From: Camelus dromedarius
Lineage: Eukaryota
Reading direction: 5' to 3'
Length of the DNA: 64,000 bases
Assembly (NCBI RefSeq): GCF_036321535.1
Contig: NC_087447.1
Span: 248,001 to 312,000 of the forward strand
Shown here: positions 23,646 through 35,600 of the stretch, piece by piece
How the letters are laid out: each line of letters starts with the position of its first letter
Position numbering within the stretch: position 1 is the stretch's first letter
Notes under the pieces: model-generated
Told to the model about the DNA's origin: nothing
The model's input: only the letters and a program-made list of their open reading frames with translations
The model's database searches: none
Program-made: the position numbers and the translations under genes

Positions 23646-26600
23646 CTACACGTCCGTACTCCTGGAGCTGCAGGTGGGAGTGGGACAGAACGGGACTTGG
23701 GCCAGCCCTACCCCAGGCCTGGGGCCCAGCCCCCCCGGGGCCAGCCTCCACCTTACCGCATCTTCTCTCGGAGTCTCTGGTCCTTCTTCTCCAGGACCGT
23801 GTTCTTCACCGACTGAGGGATGTCAGGCACGAACCAGGCAGCAATGAGCTTGATGCATAAGGCCACGTGCTGGGGGCAGGGGCAGGGGCTGAGTGAGGAG
23901 GTCTGAACAGGCCGAGCAGGGACTTTAGGGGTTGGGAGCCAAGGAAGGCTGGAGAGAGCTGCTCCCTCGGGCAGTTCTGGCTCACCTCAAAAAGGATCAG
24001 GAAGGCCAGGCGGATGGCCAGGAGCACCCAGGACTGCTCAGGGAAGTTGTGGTCTTGAGCATTGCCATAGTCCCGGTACCTGGGGTGGGGAGCACCTGTG
24101 GTCAGGGGTCAGGAGTTCAGAGGGCACTCCCAGGGGATGGGGGTCCAAACCTGCACTCAGTCACATTCTCTGAGCCCTCTTTTTCGACAGGGTCCTGGAA
24201 GTCCTTGGTGTAGAACACAGGCAGAGTGTAGTTGATGTAGCCTGTGAGACAGCTGGGAGGAGGGAGAGAGGAGCTTGGTGTGGCCCCTTCAGGCTTGTGG
24301 GGTGCTTGTTTGGAACTAGTCCCTGCCCAGCAGGGCCCATTAGGGTGGGGCATGGACCCCCTCCTTCATTTCCATACATGGGAGAGGGGCTCCTGGGGGA
24401 GGTTGGCAGAACTCACAGGTGCCACCACCTGCTTTCCTTGCCAGGGGCTGCAGAGAGCTTTCTGGGGGAGACCCCAGGAGACCTAGTCTGCAGGTAGAGT
24501 GGCCCCCTGCAGGGCTGGAGGAGCAGGTCGAGGACCTGCGCAGACCACAAAGGGTCTGACTTCGAAAGGGGAGCCGTTCCGATAGTATCTGCTTAGAAGA
24601 CAGCTAGTTCTGGGACATGAATTCCCCACTGGGGTCCCAGTCAGCACTCCTAGGCTCCAGCCAGGATCTGCAGGCTGGTGCCAGGGGGGAGGCCGCCCCA
24701 GGCGATGTTGAAAGCATTGAGCCCTTCCCTGGGCTGGCCTGGGCTGTGGTTGGGCCAGTTTCCCAGGGGTCCCTGGATAGTGAGGATCGCCCAGGGGCTG
24801 GGCAGCAGTGTCCCCTTACTCGACTGCAGGGTGGGCCCCTTGCCGGCACGGGCCATAGCGGTACTTGTACAGCATTCGTGGGATGAACTCAGAAGTGAAG
24901 GCGATGACCATCCCATTGGCAATGACTGCCAGCACGCCGATGATCTCCAGCACCTGCAGCCAGGTCCCTAGGCCACCATAGCGGGGTGAGGCCTTGTCCG
25001 CCTGCACATGTCCACTCCCAAGGCTAGGGGAATTATGGTCACCGGCCTCATGCCTGTGGTAGCTGTGGGGCCAGGTCCCTGACAAGGAGGGCCCAGGCCA
25101 AGACCGACAGAGCACAGCCTTCACTCTGCTGACCCCTCTTCTTGACAGGGACAGGGAGAGGTTCAGGTCTCTGCCCCCATCTTAGGTGTGGGTTGTTAAG
25201 CTGCCCCAGGCCTGCTCCACCTCCTAGGTCCCCACCCCAGGGCAGGCCCCCTAAACCTGGGCCCCATATGGGGGCCTCCCTCACTTCTCTTCCGCTCTGC
25301 CCACGTCTGGCACCTCATCCCCTTTGTTTATCCTTCACACCTGTCCACCTCAGCAAGGCCAGTCTGGGGGACTGAGGTCATCTGCTCTCAGTCCCTGCCC
25401 CCAGCTGCTGGAATCCTGTTTCCCTCAGCTCCCTGCTGTCAGAGTCCAGCCCTTCTGCAGGGCCTCCCCAGGACGGCTGTGGGGCCCTTCAGGTAGATCC
25501 AGGCATGAGAGGGAGGGGCCTGCAAGGTGCAAGCCAGCGCCGCCTCTTCCTGGGGCCAGAGCCCACCAGGGGTCCAACCCCCAACCTTGACATACCCTGG
25601 GGCAGGGCTGGGGGCTGTCTGTGGGATGAGGGGGCTGGTCTTGCCCCACCACTTAGAGTGATGTCCCAAGGGGCCTGGTGTGGCCCCAGTGCCCCTGCGG
25701 CCCCCGCCCCTAGCTGGAGGGCCCTGCTCTTCCGGGCCATCCCAGCAGGCCCCTGACCTATATCCTTGGCCTTGCGTGGCACCAGGCGCCGCTGCAGCCT
25801 GACCATCTTGATGGCATCCAGGCGGATCTCCACGAGGTTGCTGAAGAACGCGAGCAGCGGGGCGAGCGGGAAGGCGGCCACAAAGATGGTGGTGAAGCCG
25901 TACTGGATCACTGCAAAGGGGTCGGCACCGTGAGCCCCCAGCCTGGCTCCTTGGCTGTCCCCAGCCTTGCCGCCCCCAGGGCCGCCCGCGTACTCATCTC
26001 CATGAACTCGTCGAACAGGCTGAAGGTGTTGACCGGGTTCAGCAGGTAGTTTTGCTGCCAGTGCCTCAGCTCCGGGCCCTGGGCCGTGCCACCCAGCTTG
26101 GCCCGCATTGAGCGACACTTGTGGGCCAGCCACCTGGGGGCAAAGAGAGTGGGGTGGGGGCGGGGTGGGGGCAGAGAGGGGCTGAGGGCTCTGAGAGACA
26201 GGAGAAGGGGAGAAGGGTGGCCAGCGGGATGGGGTCCTGTGGTGAGGGTGGGACCGGTAGTGCCGGGGAAGGAGGGGTCCTCACGGGCCCAGGTACTCCA
26301 TGCAGTTGCTGAGCGTTTGTTTCAGGCCCATGATGATGGCCATCTGCAGGAACAGGTCCATCATGCAGCCACTGAGATGGCACTGCAGGGGGCAAGGCTG
26401 GGAGGTCAGGCGTGGGGTCTGAAGGGGAGCCCAGGAGGGAGGGTGAAGGGCAGGAAGGCATCCAGGACAGACCAACCTCCTCCAGCTTCCACACCCCCAG
26501 CAGGCGCACAGACTTCCCGGGGTGACCGTTGATCCTAGGAAGGAAAGCCAGGCTGAGGGCGGGGGCAGGACGGAGGGGGAGCGGGGAGCAGTGGGCAGTG

Positions 26601-29600
26601 GTGGGGAAGGAGCGACACCAGCCCTGCAGGTGAGCGGAGGCTGGTGCTGGATGCATGGCTTCTGCCCAGACACACCCTGCACATACCCCTGGGCACATGG
26701 GACCACCCTGCTGTGCAGGGCTGCTAGGAGGGGCCTCAGTTCTCCCCAGGGTAACTGCACAGAGGGCTACTTTGTGTTTAAATCATCTGCTTTCCATGAT
26801 AAAAATATACACTATGTTAAACCAAAGGTCGGGCTCGTGCTTAAAGGTGAAATCCTACACTCCTGTTACAGCTCATGACAAGCATCACTCTGGGACAGTA
26901 TAAATTTGCAAGGGGAAAAATTACTATTTTAGAAAATATGATTATGTATCTGGAAAACCAAAATAAATCAACTGGAGGACTCGGTGGATAAATCAACTGA
27001 AAAATGCTCGGAGTGGATACAAAATTGATATCATGCTCAACTCGCTCTCCAAGGTGCAGCAAAACCGCTGGGAACTGTAGCAGGAGGAAGTGTCTGTCAC
27101 AGCAGCAAAAATGATCAAATAACTGGGGTGAAATTCACAAGAAATCGGGGGGACCCATATGAAAAAAACCAGAAAAAAGGTAAAGAACAGTAGAACAAGA
27201 CTTGAATTGAGAAAACTTGCTCTTTGAAAGAAAAACTCAGAATTGTATTTTTGTGGTTGACCGAATGACAGGCCCTCAAAGACATCCACTCCTAGTTCCT
27301 GGACCTGTGAATTCACACCGAAGGCGGTGTTAAGGTTGCTAATGAGCTGACCTTAAAGTGGAGAGACCATCCTGGATTCGCCCAGCGTAATCACGAGGCC
27401 TAAATGAGGAAGGAGGGCCAGAGAGGTGGCAGCAGGAGAGGGACTCAGCCTGACACTGCTGACTTTGAAGACTGGGGGAGAACAGGCCAGGAACCAAGGA
27501 ATTCAGGCAGCTTTAAAGTTCACCTAAGAGTAAGAAACATGTAAATAACTATAAAAAAGGAAAAGTGAAAAATAAACTTAATGCTAGCCCTATCTGACAG
27601 TGAAGTGTAACACAGTAATAATGAACACAGTAAGGTACTAGGCTGAAATGATCAGAATCCACAGAAAGACCAAAGTATTCAAGAGAGTGATGGAACTTGG
27701 TATGTGGCAGAAGGAGAGTGGTAGAGATGAAACAGCCAATAAATGGCTGGGGGACAACCGGCTGTCACTTGTAAAACAGGAAAACAGGCTTCCTTCCTTT
27801 GCCCCTTGCAGCAAAACAAATTCCTGTGAATCAAAGGAACTATAAAGGATCAACCTTGTGACATTAAAAAAAATACCACCTCCAGGCTAGCACGGGTAAC
27901 TGGAGAAACTTTTACCTCCTGACCCGGAGACCCCACACACGGGCAGTGCACGGAAGGAACCAGGCTCTGGCTTCTATATGCTGCGCCACCTGCTGACTAT
28001 GTGACCCTCAGATGGCTCCTTAACCTCACTGTGCCTTGGTCAACTCTGTAAAATGGGGACAGAGCGTCCCTACTCCATAGGGCTGTTGTGCAAATTAGAG
28101 TCGATGAATGTGAGGCACTCAGGAGAGAATGTGTGAGTGTGCAGTGGATGTGAGTTATGATTATAAAGACATAGCCCGTCCTGCCAAGGAAAACGACTCG
28201 GTCCTTCGTTCTTCAGTGCGAACGGACAGCTACAAACCTTCAGTCACGAGGAAGGCCAGCTGCTCAAGAAAGAAGGACTACAGTAAAGAAACAGGAAGAT
28301 GGACCCTTTAGGACACGAAATAATGAGGAAACATGAGAACTTAAGGGAAAAAAGGAACCTCAAGAAAGTCCTGCACCTATGAAAACAAGAAAAGGATGCT
28401 GAAAAAAAAAGAGGACAAAAAAAAAAAAAACCCTTGGAAATTAAGACTCTAATCGTTAAACTTTAAACAAGAAAACAATTCCCAGGGAACTATATTCAAT
28501 ATCTTGTAATAACCTTTAATGGAAAAGAATCTGAAAACAAATGTGTGTATATGCATGACTGGGGCATTGTGTTGTACACCAGAAATCGACACATTGTAAC
28601 TGTATGTACTTCAGTAAAAAAAAAAAAAATTAATAAAATAAAATAATAAACCTCAGCCATTATCTCTTCATTTGAAAAAAGAAGAAGAAAAGAAAACAAT
28701 AGAAAGGCAAAAATACAAAGTGAAGGAGATCTCCGCAAATGTTGAGTGTAAAGACACAGAGGTGGGATAGAGGAGAGAGAGATGAGAAACACAGAGGACA
28801 GGCCCAAGAGGACCGGGAGTTCCACAAAGAGAGACAGAGGAAAACAAAGGTTTTAACCTAAGAAAAAAAAAGGAAGCAAATTTAGTGAGCTTAAATAGGA
28901 CATGGGTGTTTTTACCGGAAGGTGCCAACAGTCAACCAGGACAGCGCATGAAGAAACACCCACTGGTATTGTTCCCCAGTTTAAAGAGAAGATCCTGAAG
29001 CTCCCAGACGTCGGCCAGGAGGAAGCAAAACTCAGGTCTTCCGCACGCTTCCCACCACCCACTTCGCATGTTCAGAGACAATGGAGCGACGCCTGTGAAG
29101 CTCTAGACGGGAAAGTTGCTTTGAAGTCAGGTTTCACGTGCGAGGGTAGAATAACGAGACCTTTAGACATACAAGAGCTCAGGAAGTTTGCCTCTCCAAT
29201 ATACCTTCTTAGGTAAATGAAAGCAAAAAATCAAGAAAGAAGCGGGCTTGGCAATCCAGGAAATGATGGTCTTAACCCAGGGGAGTGGCAGGTGGAAGTC
29301 TCAGGAAGACAGGCATGCAGGGGGGCAACCAGCCCAGTGTGGGGAGGAGGCTGAGGGCTCCCCAGGAGGGTCTCTGTGAGAAAAGGGACTCTACGCAATG
29401 GGCAGTTTGACACCGAGAGGCTGGATGAACTTGATTCGAGGGAGACACACGAGGGGAAAAAGGCAACTAGAAGCAGGAAAAATACAGAGCTACGCTATAC
29501 AACCAAGAAATGGTCAAATAAGAAGCGAGATGAAATGTGACGTGACTTTAAGAAACTGATAGAGTCGAATAAAAGAGAATCCAGTTGACCATGATACAGA

Positions 29601-32600
29601 AATGCTCAGATGATTTGAACAATTTATAGGAAAAGAAATGCAATGGTCAGTAAATATCTGGAAAGATGCTGGACTCTGATAGTTTTAATAGGGCACCTTT
29701 AAACGTGAAAACCCTGTGTGCGTCGGACTGAGATGGAGCGTGCAGTCACACACACCATGTGGCTTTGTGAGTCAGCATAGCATGTTTGGAGCTTGCCTCA
29801 GCCACGTCTGTCTGCACTCAAATGCGCGCTCCCAACTTTCAATTAAAACGGCTGACTGCTGGCACCCACTACACGGCCTCACCTCATAGACAGAAGGGAA
29901 CTGCAGGGGCCTGCTACCCACTCCAGACATCACTCTGGATCTGAGCCCACAGGGCACGCAACCCTGCCCAGGAGCCTGGACAGCCCAGGACTTGGGCACC
30001 CCTGGTAGAGCAGGGGCACCCGCTGAATGGGGTGCAGGCCCGGCTGAACCTCTGGGCCTCCTCCCCACCTACCCCAAGGCACACACAGGAAGACAGACAC
30101 TTCTAGGGGCTGGAGCAACCAAAGATTCAGATCGCCAGGTAGTGCCAGCACCCTGGGACCCTGCACTGGCCCTTGCGCAGCTGGGCTCCCAGCATCCCTC
30201 TGCCTCCAGACTCCCTTTCAGGGACCAATAGAGCAGGAGGTCTTGCGGAGACACAGTTCAGAGCAAAGCCACTGGCACACGCCTTTCTCAGTTATAGAAG
30301 GTGGCCAAGAATAAAGGACATCAAAAGACAGTCTCTAACACCAGAATCAGAGACCAATCAAAGAAAGAGCATAAAAAAAACCCAGAAGGAACAGAAGCAA
30401 TGCCAGAGGAGAAGAAAAAAAGGGGGCCACATCCTCAGACAAGAAGAGCCCCAGCATCCAGAAGAGGGGACTGTGGAGAACCTGCAAACGTCCAAAGGAG
30501 CACTCGGAAGTTAAGAACACAAGCAGAAGGGATGCGTTCAATGGAAGGGCTGAAAAACAGAGTTGAGAAAAAAATCCCAGGAGCTGGAACAAGAATGGGA
30601 GAAATTAAAAAAAGTAAAGAAAATTAGGTGATCGATTCAGAGGTTTCAATTTCCAGGCAAAAAGGATTCTATTGAAGGGAGCAGAGGGAACTGAAGCAGG
30701 AGGGTGTCAGACACAAGATGCATGAAAATCACTCAGAACGGAATGACCTGAGGCTCCAGGCCCAGTGGTGCCGGCAATTTCTTTTCCCTTGAGCAACACT
30801 GATTCTCCGTGCCAGGCCCACGGCAGGTGCTGGGAATTCAGCAGAGGACATGCACCACAGTTCCCGCCTAGGGAGCTGCCGTTTCTGTGAGTGACACTGT
30901 GAACAAATAAATGCATGGCACGTCCTGGGTGGCGAGGGCGATGGAGGGCAACAGGGCAGGAGCGGGTTACCAGGGTTCTGGGCCAAGCAGCTAGGAGGTG
31001 GAGCCGCCGCACGAAGGAGGAAACCTGGGGCCAAGCTTGTGGGCAGGGAAAGGATGGGGTGCCTGCCGGACAGCGGAGTGGAAGTGTCAAGCAGGCAGCT
31101 GGATCTATGAGTCTGGACGTGAGTGAGAGGTCCGGGCTGGAGACAGGAGAGGGTCTGTCGGTGTATCTAGATGGTGTGTGGGATGGAGCCTAAAGTCATA
31201 AAAACAGACCCTGGGGCACGGTGACATTTAGCGGTCGGGAGAATAGCAAAAGCCAGCGGCGGGGTCTGGGGAAGTGGGAAATTGTGTACCATGGTGAGAG
31301 GATTTTTTGAACGAAATGTGACAGCGTGTTTGTGTGGTGGTGGAAATCATCAGTAGAGCAATCAGACTGGCGTGTGGAGGAGAGAGATGTGAAGTGCTGA
31401 AGCGTGCCAAGTGGAAACACACACCGAGGCCCACTGCTGAGAAATTTCAGAAGACTGAGGACAGCGAGGGGACGCACAGAGTTGGGACTGTGACAGCATC
31501 AGATCTGTGGAACAGAACCCTGGAAGCCAGAGGCAAAACAATCCTCCAGCAGCCTGAGGAAAATGATATCCAACTTAGAATTCTGTCTCCAGCAAGCGCT
31601 CAGTCAGGCCCCCAATAAAGAGGAAACTAAGCTTGACTGATTTCCCACGGACCCTTTCTCAGGAAGCCACTGGAAAACTTGAGGCCCTACAGGGCAGATG
31701 GTGACGGGCTTGCCAGGATGAAAGGGCCAAGCACAGCCCCGAGGGGAGGGGACAGATGCCAGGAGGGCGTCTCCAAGGACCGCGTGACGTCTTTGAACAA
31801 ACTGGGAGGAGTGGGTTTCTTCCAAAGTTCTGTAGAGAGTTTGGGACTGATTGGCAATAAGTATGTAACTTACAAAATTTAAGCAAACACAGAGAATACA
31901 TGGAGCAATTAGTTTCTTCAGAAAAGACGAAAAAAAGTGTGTTGATTGAACCAAAAAGGTTCATTTCTCACTAACTAGAAAGGTGAGGGGAAGTGTGTGC
32001 ATATGTGTCACGTGGGATGCCCGCTGCAGCATTCTATAAAATTCAAAACTGGAGTTAACCCAAATGTCCACCAACTGAAGTGGTTAAATAAACTCAAGGA
32101 CCCCCCACAAAAGAACGCTCATGATATGGTTTTAAAAACTAAGCCTCGCCACCCATGCAGACGTGGAAGATGCACGTAGAACATTTTCTGTGCAAAGCAG
32201 ACATAATTATTTACACAACAAAACCGTGCGTGTCAATAGGTATGTGTGTATGTGCACTTAAATGTGTGAAAAATGTCTGGGGAGAACCAGACAACAGTTA
32301 CACTGTCATCTCTGGGGACATGGATTGGACAGCTGGGGGTTCACTGTGGTCTTCCTTCACACCTATCTGTATTGGGTTTCCACATGTTCTGAGAATGATT
32401 TACTTTAAAAGTTAAAAAGACAGGTATTTCCCTTTTTAAGCAGGGGCAGACTGAGTTAGAGCAAGGCAGGTGGGGGCAGGTGGCTCTTACCTGCCCAGGA
32501 TGAAGGCGATGTAGATGAGAGAGGAGAAGTGGGCAAAGAACTGCAGAGTGAAGAACTTGACGGTGAACTTGCTCTCTCGCTCAGAGAAGGTCCTGGGCTT

Positions 32601-35600
32601 CTCTGGAATGAGATTTGAGGCTGTCTTTGACAGTCCCATGCCCAGCCTGTCAACTGACAACTCAGGGACACCTGCCACCCTCACCTGCCTCCCAGGCCAA
32701 ACCCCTGCCCTCTCGTAGGCCCACTTCCCCAACCCCAGGGCGCCAGGACCCCACCCTGAATCCTCCCCCCAGAAGCCAGAGAAGCTCCTCTCACCAAATT
32801 CGCAAAGCTTCAGGGCCACATACTTGTTGATCTGTGGGAGGGGAGAGAGAGGGCTCACCTTGGACCTCAGCAGAGCCCCATCGCCGCCTGCACCCTCCCC
32901 CCAACCCCTACCTTGGTCATGATGAGGATGGTCACATACTGAACCAGGGCGCCGGTCACCACTACAGCCGTGGTCACCTGCTTCTTCGGGAAGGCCGAGT
33001 TGAAGAGTGCAACGGCCAGGACGCGGTAGACCACCAGGGCGTGGGCCATGCCAATCAGGAGGCAGATCTGCCGGGGGCGGGCAGGACGGCCGGGGCCTCA
33101 GGAGAGCGGCCCCGCCTGGTGCAGCACCCCCACCCCGTGGCCTCTCCAGGGGTACCATCAGCAGAGACACGATGAGGATGATGGTGCTTCGCACGTAGGA
33201 GTGCTGCTGCAGCGGGAGCTGGTAGTCAGGGCAGTTAATGAGCTGGAGCGCCATTTCCTCCTGTGGAAGGCCCGGGGCACTCTCAGAAACAGGACAACCT
33301 CAGAACGAAGCCCGCTCAGACACGGAACTGCCTCAGACACAGTAGACCGAAGTGTGGGGCCACACAGGGCACTGGACCTGGTCACCCAGCTCAGCCTCAC
33401 CTGGTCCTCGTCCCACCCGTAGAGGTCCCAGTGCAGGACCACATGGGCCCGCTTCCGCTTCCATAGCTCCAGGAACACCGTGGCTGCAGCCAGGAGAAAG
33501 TAGAGGCCTCATGGGTGTGTCCCAGACTGGGTCCAGGGCCCATGTGGCCCTGGAGCTCAGTCCCGCCCCCCCAGGTGTCCCCAGCAACTCACCCCACCCA
33601 GCCATGAAGATGGCAAACACCACGGTGCCCTCATTGTCGAAGAGGTGGGTGAGCTGGGGAGAGGGGTGCGTGGAGCTGGGGTGGCCTTCCCCGCCCACCA
33701 CCCCGCCCCCCGCCCTCGGAAGGGGAGCTAGCTCTAGGAGCCGAGCCTTGGCTTCCTCTTCTCTAGGAGGACCGGCCGGCCCCGTCTCCCCGCAGGTAGC
33801 AGCCTGAGTGGCCTCCCCGGGCGGCAAACCTTGGCGAAGGTGCAGGTTTCCGAGAGCGGCTGGTACCTGCGGCTGCCGTCACCACGCGGGCACATGTAGA
33901 TGTTGTGGGCCTCACAGATCTCCTTGCTGGGGGTGCAGGGACGAGGTGACACTTTTCTGTGGCCCCTCGGGGGACCCTACCCACCCGGCCCTCCCCTCCC
34001 CTGACTCCGCCCCACACCAGCCCCGCCCACACCGGGCCCACCGCTTCCCTGACTCCGCCCCACTCCAGCCCCGCCCACACCCGGTCCCACTCCTTCCCTG
34101 CCCTGCCCACCCCTAACCTGATCTGGCTGGCGTCGAACAGGGAAAACCCGCTCAGGAAGATGATGAGGCCCACCACTGCGGCGGGCACCAGCATGCGGGT
34201 GTACCAGCAGAGCCAGGCGAAGTACAGGGCCACCTTCTCACCAAAGTAGTCCCTGCGGGCATAGCCGCCCTGTCAGGGCCACTCCCACCAGGGTGACGTC
34301 GGCGCCAACACCTGGGGGGAGCGTGCCACATGTCCGGGCAAGGAGTGTCTGTACTGACCGCATCAGTGTGTCTAAATGGAAGCTCAGACATCTGTCTGCA
34401 GGAGGCGCGGGCGTGACTGTGGAGGGCCCAGCCTGTCTGCGGGGCGCCAGTGTTACCTGATATCATCAAGTGGCTGCTCTTGGAACATGTTTCCCCACTG
34501 GGCCCACTTCTTCTTTAGGTCTTCCTCTCCCTGGGCACAGGTGACAGACAGTGAGAGCTTCCTGCCTCAGGTCCTGCCCTCAGGTCCTCTCCCTGCAGGC
34601 CCACCCCTCACCTTGTGTAAGGGGAACATGGCCTCAAAGACCCCATCCTTCACCAAATCCTGGAACGTGTCTGGCGGTCAGAAGGGAGTGAGGGGTGAGG
34701 GAGGACTCTGTCCCATTCTTCCGGTGGGACTGCCCCTCCCGGTGGACTGCTGCATAGCCCATCCGCCCACCCTTTCCTTACCTGCTGCTGCCATCTTGCT
34801 GCTCAGAATGAAGTGGACAATTCGGATTCTAGAACACAAGAGGCCCCATGTGACCTTGGTGGACCCGTCCTCTGTCTGGCCAGGTCCCAGACCACCTGCC
34901 CTGACTGCCTGACCAGAGTCCAGAATCCAGGACTCATTTTATTTCCACTAGTCCACTTCCCACCTCCTTAAATCCTCCCAGGGTCCAGCTGTCCCATGGT
35001 TCCAGGGTGGAGCTCCCTCAGGGGTGGTCCCTCTCTTCCCAGGGCCCTGATGCTCAGCCTAACACTCTTCCCTCACAGACCCCTCCCAGATCCTGCACCT
35101 CCAATCACACCTCCCACCTGGAGCCCCCACCCACCCAGAGCACACCCTTTATGTGCTTCAATCCTCTTTACAGCCCTGTGAGCCATTTTGCTTATGGGGA
35201 GATGGAGGCTCAGAAATACTGAGTAACTTGGCCAAGGCCACACAGCCAGGAAGTGGCACATCCGGGCATCTGACTACAAAGCCATGCTCCTCTGGAACAT
35301 CATCCTATGAGACACAGCCCCCCAAGGGTTCCAGGGCACCCCCCACAGGCTTCTCCTCCCAGGACACACTGAGGTCCTGCCCAAGACCAGCTAGTTCTCC
35401 TAAATAGGAAGCCCCTCCATTGCCTGGTATCCAAATTCCAGGAACCTTCTTTGCTGATCTCTACTGACCAGACCCCAGATTAGTTCAGAGGGCGGGGACT
35501 GGGGCCGGGAAGGTGATAGAGGAGGGATGTGGGGAGGGCAGGTGGACTGGCTTGGAGGGCTGCAGGATCCATGGGGAGAAGCAGGTGCTTGGAGAGAGAG

